A stretch of 64,000 nt of DNA from a virus. The notes beneath the pieces are model-generated. The model was not told the origin of the DNA, did not search any database, and saw only the letters and a program-made list of their open reading frames with translations. The stretch lies in the IMG/VR virus record IMGVR_UViG_3300035682_000004. The stretch is one strand, 5' to 3'. The number at the start of each line of letters is the position of its first letter. Within the stretch, counting starts at the first letter, position 1. A program made the translations under genes and the position numbers. Below are positions 28,681 through 37,703 of the stretch, one piece after another.

Positions 28681-29451
28681 ATGGATAGAATATTAGATTA
28701 TAATAAAAAAATACAAGTGATAGAAATTTATCCTTGTGTTCAAAGTGAAGGTAGTAGACAAGGAAGACCTACAGTTGCTGTTAGAACAACAGGCTGTACT
28801 CACAGATGTTGGTTTGGTGAAGGTGGATGGTGTGATTCTTGGTATACAAGTATTCACCCTGAAAAAGGTAAATTTACATTTAACGACATCGTTAAAATAT
28901 ATGATGAAAATCCTCATATTAAAGAAATGATGTTAACAGGTGGTGCACCTACAATGCATCCAGCATTAGTAAACGAATTAACACATTTTGCAAATGAAAG
29001 AGGTATTCTTATCACTATGGAAACTGAAGGTAGTCACTTTATTGAGACTGATTTTCCTATCGGTCTCTTATCTATTAGCCCTAAGTTTAGCAATAGCGTT
29101 CCTAGGGTTGGGATTCTTACTCCACTTGGTAAAGAAGTGGATCAAAAGTTTGTGGACCAACATAACAAATACCGTCTTAACATTCCTGAAATTAAACAGA
29201 TGATTGAATTTCATTCTGATTATCATTTAAAACCAGTATGGGATGGTACAGAAGAAAACTTAGCTGAAATTGAAGCATTTAGAGTTGAGTTAGGTATTCC
29301 TAAAAATAAAACATGGATTATGCCAGCTGGTGATACAGCAGAAGAATTAACTAGAATGTATCCAATTTCAATTGAAATGTGTACTAAAGAAGGTTATAAT
29401 TGGACTGGTAGAGATCATATCATCGCTTACGGACAAAAGAGAGGTGTATAA
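28681..29451 (+). CDS. queE: 7-carboxy-7-deazaguanine synthase (radical SAM)
   Basis: VQSEG, VRTTGCTHRC..WCDS, LTGGAP, ETEG, SISPK. Confidence 0.9.
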   Translation: MDRILDYNKKIQVIEIYPCVQSEGSRQGRPTVAVRTTGCTHRCWFGEGGWCDSWYTSIHPEKGKFTFNDIVKIYDENPHIKEMMLTGGAPTMHPALVNELTHFANERGILITMETEGSHFIETDFPIGLLSISPKFSNSVPRVGILTPLGKEVDQKFVDQHNKYRLNIPEIKQMIEFHSDYHLKPVWDGTEENLAEIEAFRVELGIPKNKTWIMPAGDTAEELTRMYPISIEMCTKEGYNWTGRDHIIAYGQKRGV

Positions 29452-29636
29452 TGTGTTACGTTATTATTAAAAATATTAAAACAGCAAAAGCTACTATACC
29501 TGTGATCATCTTAGATGGTCACGGGGAAGTTTTAGAATTTGAAACTAAAGACAAAGCTGAAGACTTTAAAGCACTATTAGAAATCAATTCAGATTCAGGA
29601 CATGAGTTTACATTACGTAAAATTCATACTCGATAA
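29451..29636 (+). CDS. Hypothetical protein
   Basis: 61-aa coupled ORF. Confidence 0.6.
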   Translation: MCYVIIKNIKTAKATIPVIILDGHGEVLEFETKDKAEDFKALLEINSDSGHEFTLRKIHTR

Positions 29637-29643
29637 TATTTAT
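29636..29643 (+). promoter_or_regulatory. Putative late promoter ATATTTAT
   Basis: 4 nt before ATG 29648. Confidence 0.55.
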
Positions 29644-29647
29644 CACC

Positions 29648-29929
29648 ATGAACAAAAAATTACTTAAAGAATCAATCCAACGTAAGGAAAAATCTATATT
29701 TTTCTTTTATACAGAATGGTGTGATCATTGCACTAAAATTAAATCTACAATAAACGAAATTGCTAAGGCAAGACCAGACCATAAATTAGTAGAAATTGAT
29801 AATGATGAAGAAGAAACAGAATTTATCTCAGAATTATTTGATGTTCAGTTCTTACCTGCGGTAGTAGTTTTAAGTGAGACAGGTTACAAAAAATATGAAG
29901 GTTCTATAAAAATTAAAAAATTGTTATGA
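29648..29929 (+). CDS. Thioredoxin-like protein
   Basis: FYTEWCDHC, FLPAVV. Confidence 0.85.
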   Translation: MNKKLLKESIQRKEKSIFFFYTEWCDHCTKIKSTINEIAKARPDHKLVEIDNDEEETEFISELFDVQFLPAVVVLSETGYKKYEGSIKIKKLL

Positions 29930-30429
29930 TTGAACTATTTGGACAACAACAAATAGAAATAAGAACAAGAATACTAGCAAAAAACATTTCAGACGAACAT
30001 AGAGGAGACAAAACACCAGTTGTTATGGTCTGTGTTCTAAATGGTGGTTTTATGTTTTATACTGAATTAGTAAAAGCATTAACAACAGATATTGAATGTG
30101 ATTTTGTTAGAGTAAAAAGTTATGTTTCTAAAAATAATCAAGGTGATATTAAAATTACTAAAGATTTAGAAATACCAATTAAAGGAAAACATGTATACTT
30201 AGTAGATGATATTTTTGACTCAGGTAATACAATGAAGGCTTTAATTGAGTTCATTAAAATTAAAAATCCAAAATCAATTAATGTTGTAACTTTAGCTAAA
30301 AGAAAAAAAACTGAACCATTAGAAAATATGGTTTGGGGATTTGAAGTAGATGAAGAGTGGTTATGCGGAATGGGAATGGATAATGAAAATGGTCATCTTA
30401 GAAACCATCCAGTTTTATATGCCTTATAG
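29926..30429 (+). CDS. hpt: Hypoxanthine/guanine phosphoribosyltransferase
   Basis: VLNGG, VKSY, PRPP loop VYLVDDIFDSGNT, GMGMD. Confidence 0.88.
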   Translation: MIELFGQQQIEIRTRILAKNISDEHRGDKTPVVMVCVLNGGFMFYTELVKALTTDIECDFVRVKSYVSKNNQGDIKITKDLEIPIKGKHVYLVDDIFDSGNTMKALIEFIKIKNPKSINVVTLAKRKKTEPLENMVWGFEVDEEWLCGMGMDNENGHLRNHPVLYAL

Positions 30430-30461
30430 TTTGGCATTATTAAAATAAATTATTATAATAC
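30430..30461 (+). promoter_or_regulatory. Bacteroidota-type promoter variant
   Basis: TTTG-N20-TATAATAC. Confidence 0.55.
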
Positions 30462-30467
30462 AGTTAT

Positions 30468-31202
30468 ATGAAAGATAAAGTTATAAACAATAGACGTAAA
30501 ACAGCTGACATTGAGAAATTAGAGACAGCACAAGCAGGTTTTGCAAATGGTATTTCATTGCAATTAAAAGACCTAATTAATAAAGGACAACATCGTTCTT
30601 TAAATGACAAAGAAAAGAAAAAAATTATTACTAATGCTGAAAAAGCATATGGTAAATTTTTAACTGCGTTAGGTGTAGATTGGGAAAATGATCCGAACAG
30701 TATGGAAACACCACGTCGTGTATCTAAAGCCTATGTAAATGATTTATGGAGAGGTAGGTATGAAATACCAACTGAAATCACAGCATTCCCAAGTGATGGA
30801 TATAATGGTATTGTTTTAGAAAGAGATATTCCAGTAACAAGTATGTGTTCTCATCATCACCAAGCTATCTTAGGTAATGTTCATATCGCTTATATTCCAG
30901 GACCAGAAGGTAAAGTAATTGGTTTAAGTAAATTAAATCGTATTGTAGAACATTTTGGTAGAAGAGGTGCAATTCAAGAACAATTAACAGTAGCAATTCA
31001 TAATGCAATTAATGAAATTTGTGAAGGCAATATTGGAGTAATGGTTATTATACATGCAGGTCACCAATGTGTTTCTTGTAGAGGAGTTAAACATCAAGGC
31101 GCCAGTATGGTCACAAGTGAAGTATCAGGTGCATTTGCAGATCATACTAAAACAGCAAAACAAGAAGTATTATCAATGATAAAATTAAAATTATGTTGCT
31201 AA
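30468..31202 (+). CDS. folE: GTP cyclohydrolase I
   Basis: ETPRRV, SMCSHH, GLSKLNR, QEQLT, HQCVSCRG. Confidence 0.95.
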   Translation: MKDKVINNRRKTADIEKLETAQAGFANGISLQLKDLINKGQHRSLNDKEKKKIITNAEKAYGKFLTALGVDWENDPNSMETPRRVSKAYVNDLWRGRYEIPTEITAFPSDGYNGIVLERDIPVTSMCSHHHQAILGNVHIAYIPGPEGKVIGLSKLNRIVEHFGRRGAIQEQLTVAIHNAINEICEGNIGVMVIIHAGHQCVSCRGVKHQGASMVTSEVSGAFADHTKTAKQEVLSMIKLKLCC

Positions 31203-31690
31203 CAGGACATCAAGTATTCCAGTATATGGAAATGAATGGTACAGACTACCATAAAGTAAATCAAGTAGGTATTGATTTATCAGTTAAAAAAATCGAAAAA
31301 ATTATTGGTGGAGTATTAGTTTTCCAAGAAAAAACAGTAGTTGATCCTTCATTATTTATTGAAATACCTTTAACAAGTATTGAAGGTAGACAAATGTGGA
31401 GACTAGAAAGAGGAGCTTATGCTTTAACCTTTAATGAAGGTGTTTCAATTCCTTCTCATGCTACAGGATTTATCACATCACGTTCTTCTATTTATAGAGG
31501 AGGTGCTCATATTAATTCACCTATGTGGGATCCAGGATTTATGACTAGAGAAATGGGAACTACATTAATGTTAGAAGCTGAAACTATATTCATTGAGGAA
31601 AATGCTCGTGTATGCCAGTTTTATATGCTTACAAATCCTATTCCTCAAGACCTATATGATGGTCAGTTTCAAGGTAAAACAAATTACTAA
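31193..31690 (+). CDS. Trimeric dUTPase/dCTP-deaminase-family protein
   Basis: GIDL, SRSS, WDPGF, RVCQF, YDGQFQG. Confidence 0.82.
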   Translation: MLLTGHQVFQYMEMNGTDYHKVNQVGIDLSVKKIEKIIGGVLVFQEKTVVDPSLFIEIPLTSIEGRQMWRLERGAYALTFNEGVSIPSHATGFITSRSSIYRGGAHINSPMWDPGFMTREMGTTLMLEAETIFIEENARVCQFYMLTNPIPQDLYDGQFQGKTNY

Positions 31691-31713
31691 CTCTATCATA
31701 TCTTTTATCTTTT

Positions 31714-31740
31714 AAGGCTTGGTTTTCCAAGCCTTTTTTC
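31714..31740 (+). terminator. Rho-independent terminator
   Basis: AAGGCTTGG-TTTT-CCAAGCCTT then TTTTC. Confidence 0.85.
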
Positions 31741-31749
31741 TTATATTAG
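31718..31749 (+). promoter_or_regulatory. Bacteroidota-type promoter embedded in terminator
   Basis: CTTG-N20-TATATTAG, 4 nt before polB ATG. Confidence 0.6.
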
Positions 31750-31753
31750 CAAT

Positions 31754-34417
31754 ATGTATCAAAGCTGTTATTACGATTTTAACGAGAAAAAATATTATTT
31801 AAGAGATGACAAACATGGTTGGTCTGATTTTAAGTACTATCCTACTTACTATGTAAATGATATAAATGGAGACCAATACACATTAGAAGGTGATTGTGTG
31901 TTGGCTACTAAGAAAATGGATGATTGGAAAAATCCTAAGTATTATGAAAAAGATGTTGATAAAATAACTCGTTTATTAGTTGACACTTATTATGAGACTG
32001 ATGATACACCTTCATTCCAAAATATAGTTTACCTAGATATTGAGTGTGAGATATTAGGAGCATTAACCGCTGAAAGTATAAAACAAGCATTAGCTAAAAT
32101 TACTTCAGTTTCAGTATATGACGCTACTACTAAAAAATATTATTGTTTAATTTTAGATGAACAAAATAATCTAAACACTATTAACAATCCAGGTAAAGAA
32201 GTAGTTCCATTTACAACTGAATTAGAGTTATTACAAGCATTTTTAGCATTATGGGAACAACTTGATCCAACTATTGTTACAGGTTGGAATAGTGGTTTCT
32301 TTGATATACCTTATTTGTATCATAGAATATCTAAAGTAGCAGGTGAAAGTGAAGGTAAACGTTTATCTCCAATAGGTAAAATTAAAACTGTAGAATATGA
32401 TACAGAACAACCAATAGTAATAGGAGGAGTGAATCACTTAGACTATATGTTGTTGTTTAAAAAGTTTATCATGAAACAAGAACCATCATATCGATTAAAT
32501 GATATTGGTTTAAGATATGCTGACTTAGGTAAAGTTGAATATCAAGGTTCATTAGATAACCTATTTAAAGAAGATCCAGAAAAATTTATTGAGTATAATA
32601 TTCGAGATGTTGAAATCATTGTTGAGTTAGAAAACAGAATGAAGTTTATAGACTTAACAGTTACAATTGCTCATTTATGTCATACTGAATATGAACAAAT
32701 TTATTATTCAACTATGTTGAATGAGGGTGCTATTTTAACTTACCTAAAACGAAAAGGAGTAGTTTCACCTAATAAACCTACAACTTATAATCCATACTTA
32801 AAAGAGATTAATCCTAGAAAAGCAGAAGCACTTTATCGTAGTGGTCAAATGACTAAAGATGAGTATGATGAAATTTTAGTGTTAGCTGGTTATGCAGGTG
32901 GTTATCTAAAAGATCCAGTACCTGGATTATATGATTGGGTGATTGACTTAGACTTTACTTCGCTATATCCTTCTATAATTCGTTCTTTAAACATGGGAAT
33001 AGAAACGTTAGTAGGTCGTGTTGTAAATAATGGTAAGTTTGATAACCAGTGGTCTCTGCGGGAACTAAAACAAATGGATCCTGAAAGAAAAATTAAGATT
33101 GAAAAAGTAAAAAAAGATAGAACAGTATCTACTTCTGTTACAACAGTAGGAAATCTAGTAAATCTAATTGAACATAATGACTTAATTATATCTGCACCTG
33201 GAGTTATATTTAAAAAAGATGTATCAAGTGTTGTTTGTGAAATTTTAACTGACTGGTTTGTAAAAAGACAGGAGTATAAAAAACTAATGAAGGACGCTTA
33301 TAAAGTTAAAAATGACCCTGTATTAGGAGAATTTTATAATAGTAGACAACATGCTTATAAAATTAAGTTAAATGACGTTTATGGAGTGTTTGCTCAAAAC
33401 GGATGGAGATATACTGATGGAAATAAGTTTATTAGTAAAGCAATTACTTTAACAGGTCAAAGATTGACTCAAGAATCAATTAAGTTTGTTAATGAATGGA
33501 TGAATGAACAATTAGGTTCAGATGATAAAGATTATATTGTAACATCAGATACTGACTCACTATTTATTCAAGTTAAAGATTTAGCATTAAAAAGAAATCC
33601 AAATCTAATAAACGCTTCTAAAGAGGAATGGGTTAAATATATTTTAGAGATTGCAACTGAAATTCAAAAGGAAGCTAATAATCACCTACACACATTAGTA
33701 AAAGATTTATTCAATGTTAAATACCCAGATGAACCTCATTACTTTGAGTTAAAACAAGAGGTAGTACTTGAAAGAGGTTATTTTGCAGGTAAAAGAAGAT
33801 ATGCAATGCATATTGTAAATAAAGAAGGTGTACCAACAGATGAACTAGTAATGATGGGTTTAGATCTAATGAAATCTAATTTTCCACCTTTATTTAGAAA
33901 CTTTGGAGAACATATTTTAAAAGAAATTATGTATGGTAAATCTAAATCTTCAATTGATGAACAATTATTAGTGTTTAGAGAGTCATTAAGAACTATTGAC
34001 TGGCATCAGATACTAAAACCTACAGGATTAAAACAAATGTCTAGTTATATAGCGGCTAGACCAGGAGCCGGTGAAATATTTTCTAGATTAGCTTTAAAAT
34101 GTCCTATTAACACTAAATCAGCTGTTTATTATAATGATATTTTAAGATTTAAAAAACTAGACAAACAATTCCCAACATTCCAAATAGGTGATAAAATGTA
34201 TATTGCTTACCTAAAAGAAAATCCATATAAAATAGATGTTATGGGATTTAATGGTTATAATGATCCTCCTGAAATAATGGAGTTTATTGAAAAATATATT
34301 GACCGTGACCGAATATTTGAATCGGTTATGAGAAACAAATTAGAGGGAGTGTATGAAGATTTAGGATGGGGAGCTCCGATATTTAACCGTAATGTCCACA
34401 AATTTTTTAAATTTTAA
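31754..34417 (+). CDS. Family-B DNA polymerase with 3'-5' exonuclease
   Basis: Exo motifs DIECE, GWNSGFFDIPY, YNIRDV; pol motifs DFTSLYPS, KIKLNDVYG, SDTDS, KRRY. Confidence 0.95.
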   Translation: MYQSCYYDFNEKKYYLRDDKHGWSDFKYYPTYYVNDINGDQYTLEGDCVLATKKMDDWKNPKYYEKDVDKITRLLVDTYYETDDTPSFQNIVYLDIECEILGALTAESIKQALAKITSVSVYDATTKKYYCLILDEQNNLNTINNPGKEVVPFTTELELLQAFLALWEQLDPTIVTGWNSGFFDIPYLYHRISKVAGESEGKRLSPIGKIKTVEYDTEQPIVIGGVNHLDYMLLFKKFIMKQEPSYRLNDIGLRYADLGKVEYQGSLDNLFKEDPEKFIEYNIRDVEIIVELENRMKFIDLTVTIAHLCHTEYEQIYYSTMLNEGAILTYLKRKGVVSPNKPTTYNPYLKEINPRKAEALYRSGQMTKDEYDEILVLAGYAGGYLKDPVPGLYDWVIDLDFTSLYPSIIRSLNMGIETLVGRVVNNGKFDNQWSLRELKQMDPERKIKIEKVKKDRTVSTSVTTVGNLVNLIEHNDLIISAPGVIFKKDVSSVVCEILTDWFVKRQEYKKLMKDAYKVKNDPVLGEFYNSRQHAYKIKLNDVYGVFAQNGWRYTDGNKFISKAITLTGQRLTQESIKFVNEWMNEQLGSDDKDYIVTSDTDSLFIQVKDLALKRNPNLINASKEEWVKYILEIATEIQKEANNHLHTLVKDLFNVKYPDEPHYFELKQEVVLERGYFAGKRRYAMHIVNKEGVPTDELVMMGLDLMKSNFPPLFRNFGEHILKEIMYGKSKSSIDEQLLVFRESLRTIDWHQILKPTGLKQMSSYIAARPGAGEIFSRLALKCPINTKSAVYYNDILRFKKLDKQFPTFQIGDKMYIAYLKENPYKIDVMGFNGYNDPPEIMEFIEKYIDRDRIFESVMRNKLEGVYEDLGWGAPIFNRNVHKFFKF

Positions 34418-34418
34418 G

Positions 34419-34450
34419 TTTGGCTTGTAGTCATATCTTCATTATATTAT
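34419..34450 (+). promoter_or_regulatory. Bacteroidota-type promoter
   Basis: TTTG-N20-TATATTAT. Confidence 0.7.
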
Positions 34451-34456
34451 ATCCAT

Positions 34457-35197
34457 ATGATAAATAAAACAGATCTAAAATCAGTTATATCAAAATACCA
34501 TATCGGTAGTTTAGTTGAGCAGGTTAAGTGGGAAATTAAAAACAATAATTTAGTAGTTAAATTTATGTCACCTAGTAAAGAAATGTTAGGTGAAGTAAAA
34601 TGTTCTAAATTTCCATTAGATGATTGTAGTTTTGGAATTAGTAATACAACTCAATTAGTAAAATTAATTGACATTACTAAAGATGTTATTCAATTAAGCA
34701 CTGTTAAAGTAGGTAAAATTTGTTCTAAATTATTACTAGCTGATAATCAATTTCAACTTAATTATGCCTTAGCTGATATTTTAACTATACCTAAAACAGG
34801 TGAAACTAATTTTGAAGAGTCATATAATATCATTACAACATTAGATTCTGAAGCAATTGGTTCAATTATTAAAGCACAAGGTGCTTTAACAAATAGTGAG
34901 ACAGTAGTTATTCAACCATCATTATCTATAGATGGTGAACCTGAATTAGAATTAACATTTGGTGGAGATGTTGAATATGCAAATAAAGTATCATTTTACT
35001 TACCTAATCTAACTCAACAAAATGTTCCATCACAATACAAATTACATTACAATTCAGAATTAATTAAAGAGATATTATATTGTAATAAAGATATGATATC
35101 AGGAACACTAAGTATTAATTTAGAGGGTTTAATTAAATTAGAATTCCAAAACGGAATTATAAGTAGTACTTATTACTTAGTACAAAAGGAAATTTAA
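34457..35197 (+). CDS. Probable sliding clamp (T4 gp45/PCNA-like)
   Basis: 246 aa after polB; C-terminal EGLIKLEF..STYYLV; clamp loader nearby. Confidence 0.7.
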   Translation: MINKTDLKSVISKYHIGSLVEQVKWEIKNNNLVVKFMSPSKEMLGEVKCSKFPLDDCSFGISNTTQLVKLIDITKDVIQLSTVKVGKICSKLLLADNQFQLNYALADILTIPKTGETNFEESYNIITTLDSEAIGSIIKAQGALTNSETVVIQPSLSIDGEPELELTFGGDVEYANKVSFYLPNLTQQNVPSQYKLHYNSELIKEILYCNKDMISGTLSINLEGLIKLEFQNGIISSTYYLVQKEI

Positions 35198-35199
35198 GC

Positions 35200-35208
35200 A
35201 TATTTATA
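35200..35208 (+). promoter_or_regulatory. Putative late promoter ATATTTATA
   Basis: Heads the 35221-groES-groEL unit. Confidence 0.55.
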
Positions 35209-35220
35209 TAAAACAAGGTT

Positions 35221-35526
35221 ATGAAAGAAAAAGAGTTATCAAACAGCATTACAATCCGTGATCCATTTTTAGAACCATTCTATATCCAAAAGGATACATA
35301 CTGCTACACAGTATTAGAGGATGCTACACCAGATCAACGTTACACTAAAAGTGTAGAAAAAATCCAAAAAACAATAGGATATTATGGTTCATTCGGATCT
35401 TGTTTAAGACGTATTGCTAGTTTAAAAACAAGTAATAAAGCCGAATATAACTCAATTTCTGAATATATTGAGGAATGGAGAATAGTAGAAAATAAAATAA
35501 ACCAATTAATTAAAATAGACTTATGA
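35221..35526 (+). CDS. Hypothetical protein
   Basis: 101 aa; DPFLEPFYIQKDTYCYTV. Confidence 0.65.
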   Translation: MKEKELSNSITIRDPFLEPFYIQKDTYCYTVLEDATPDQRYTKSVEKIQKTIGYYGSFGSCLRRIASLKTSNKAEYNSISEYIEEWRIVENKINQLIKIDL

Positions 35527-35819
35527 GATTAAAAGCAGAATTTAACGCTGTAATTGTAAAGCCTAAAGACGAACAAGAAGAAACATACGGTTCGCTTTAC
35601 ATTCCTGATTTAGGAAAAGAAAAAAATTTGTCAGGAGAAATCGTATCAATCGGTCCTGGTCATTATTCAGTAACTGGAGTTTGGATACCTACAGTATTAA
35701 AAGTAGGACAACAAGTAATTTTGCCTCAAATGGGTCCAGTAAAAGTAGAACATGAAGGAGTAGAATATTATGTTTGTCCTGAAAATCAAGTATTAGCAAC
35801 ATTAAACGAAGAAGAATAA
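35523..35819 (+). CDS. groES: Co-chaperonin GroES
   Basis: GSLYIPD mobile loop, GEIVSIGPG, LKVGQQV. Confidence 0.92.
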   Translation: MRLKAEFNAVIVKPKDEQEETYGSLYIPDLGKEKNLSGEIVSIGPGHYSVTGVWIPTVLKVGQQVILPQMGPVKVEHEGVEYYVCPENQVLATLNEEE

Positions 35820-35820
35820 T

Positions 35821-37440
35821 ATGAGCAAACAAGTTATAGTAATAGGTAGTGAAGCTAGAGAGCGCTTAGTAAGTGGTATTAATACATTAGCTGATGCTGT
35901 TACAAGTACATTAGGACCAAATGGTCGAAATGTAGTTTATACAGATGGTCAGTCAGTGTTTTCTACTAAAGACGGAGTGACAGTAGCTAAAAATATTAAC
36001 TACTTAGAGGATCCAATCGAGGAATTGGGTATCAAAATGATTAAACAAGCTGCTATTAAGACAGCAGACAACGCAGGTGATGGAACAACTACATCTACTT
36101 TATTAGCACAATCAATGGTTAACGCTGGATTAAATCATTTAAACAATGGTTCAAATGCAGTTGAAATTAAAAGAGGAATTGATAGAGCAGTTAAACAATT
36201 AGTTGAGTCACTTCGTAAAGAATTAAAAGAAGATATTTCATCTGAAGAACAATTAGAACAAGTAGCTACTATTTCAGCAAACAATGATCCAGAAATTGGA
36301 AAAATGATAGCTGAAGCAATGAAAAAAGTAGGTCGTGAAGGTGTTGTTCATGTTGAAGAATCTAAAACAGGAGAAACATATCTTGAAACAGTAGAAGGTA
36401 TGCAGTTTGAAAGAGGTTATAAGTCACCTTATATGGTTACAGATAACAATTCAATGACTGCTATTTTAAATGATGTTTATGTTTTGATTATAGACAAAAA
36501 AGTATCTCAAGTAAAAGAATTATTACCTGTTTTAGAAAGTATTTCTCAACAAAATAAATCAATTTTAGTTATTGCTGAAGATATTGAAGGCGAAGCATTA
36601 GCTGCACTTATTGTAAACAAAGCAAGAGGTATCTTAAAATCAGCAGCTGTTAAAGCACCTGACTTTGGAGATAGAAGAAAATTAATTTTAGAGGACATTG
36701 CAATTTTAACTGGTGGTCAAGTTATTTCATCTGAAAAAGGAATGAAATTAGAAAAATTTGATTCTAGTTGGTTAGGCCAAGCACGTTCAGTTACAATTTC
36801 TAAAGACACAACTACAATTGTAGATGGTAAAGGTGATGATACTAAAATTGAGGCTCGTATTAATGAGTTAATGGAACAAATTGAATTAGCAAAAACACCA
36901 TTTGAAAAAGAAAAATTACAAGAACGTTTAGCTAAATTTGTAGGTGGTATTTCAATTGTACATGTAGGTGGTAACACTGAAACAGAAGTTAAAGAACGTA
37001 AAGACAGATTTGATGATGCATTACATGCAACTAAAGCTGCAATTGAAGAAGGTATTGTACCAGGTGGTGGGGTAGCTTTATTACATATGAGAGATTTAAT
37101 TGAAGTAAATGATATTGGTTCTCAAATTGTTTATGAAGCATGTTCAGCTCCACTTAAGAAAATTTTATCTAATGCTGGTGTAGAACAAGAAAAAATCTAT
37201 CAAATTATGAATGACATTAAAAATGAAACATCATGGATGGGATATGATTTACAATCAGAAAAAGTTGTTAATATGAAAGAAGCAGGTATTATTGATCCAG
37301 CTAAAGTAACAAGAACAGCTTTAGAAAATGCAGCATCAGTAGCCGGAACTATTTTATTAACAGAATGTACTATTGTTGATAAGCCAGAAGAAAAAAATTC
37401 AACTCCTGACTATGGTAGTATGATGAATGGAATGATGTAA
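35821..37440 (+). CDS. groEL: Chaperonin GroEL
   Basis: TLGPNGRNV, TKDGVTVAK, AGDGTTT, KLQERLAK, GIVPGGG, Gly/Met tail. Confidence 0.97.
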   Translation: MSKQVIVIGSEARERLVSGINTLADAVTSTLGPNGRNVVYTDGQSVFSTKDGVTVAKNINYLEDPIEELGIKMIKQAAIKTADNAGDGTTTSTLLAQSMVNAGLNHLNNGSNAVEIKRGIDRAVKQLVESLRKELKEDISSEEQLEQVATISANNDPEIGKMIAEAMKKVGREGVVHVEESKTGETYLETVEGMQFERGYKSPYMVTDNNSMTAILNDVYVLIIDKKVSQVKELLPVLESISQQNKSILVIAEDIEGEALAALIVNKARGILKSAAVKAPDFGDRRKLILEDIAILTGGQVISSEKGMKLEKFDSSWLGQARSVTISKDTTTIVDGKGDDTKIEARINELMEQIELAKTPFEKEKLQERLAKFVGGISIVHVGGNTETEVKERKDRFDDALHATKAAIEEGIVPGGGVALLHMRDLIEVNDIGSQIVYEACSAPLKKILSNAGVEQEKIYQIMNDIKNETSWMGYDLQSEKVVNMKEAGIIDPAKVTRTALENAASVAGTILLTECTIVDKPEEKNSTPDYGSMMNGMM

Positions 37441-37694
37441 TGGAAACAAGTAAAAAAGAATTTTACGAACTAATAGCTAACAGAGTTCCACCTGGTGACA
37501 GGTGGACTCTAGTTGGTTCAAGTGAAATTTATAATTCATTAACTGAAGTATTAGAGGCTTGGTTTGATAAAACAGGTGAAAAAGCTGAATTCAAACTAAA
37601 TCCTATAGGTGGAAAAGCATATGTTATTAGAACTGAAGAGGTTGAGGTTAAACCTGTAGCACCTAAAAAGTTTAATATGTATGGAGACTATTAA
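37440..37694 (+). CDS. Hypothetical protein
   Basis: 84 aa, coupled to groEL. Confidence 0.65.
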   Translation: METSKKEFYELIANRVPPGDRWTLVGSSEIYNSLTEVLEAWFDKTGEKAEFKLNPIGGKAYVIRTEEVEVKPVAPKKFNMYGDY

Positions 37695-37703
37695 TAGAGT
37701 CAG

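Noticed and set aside
28736-29203. Alternative-frame + ORFs inside queE (also 61773..61961)
   Set aside because: Nested in or overlapping better-supported genes; no motifs or start context.
19439-34417. Introns or inteins in nrdJ or polB
   Set aside because: Continuous ORFs of ordinary length; no intein terminal motifs seen.
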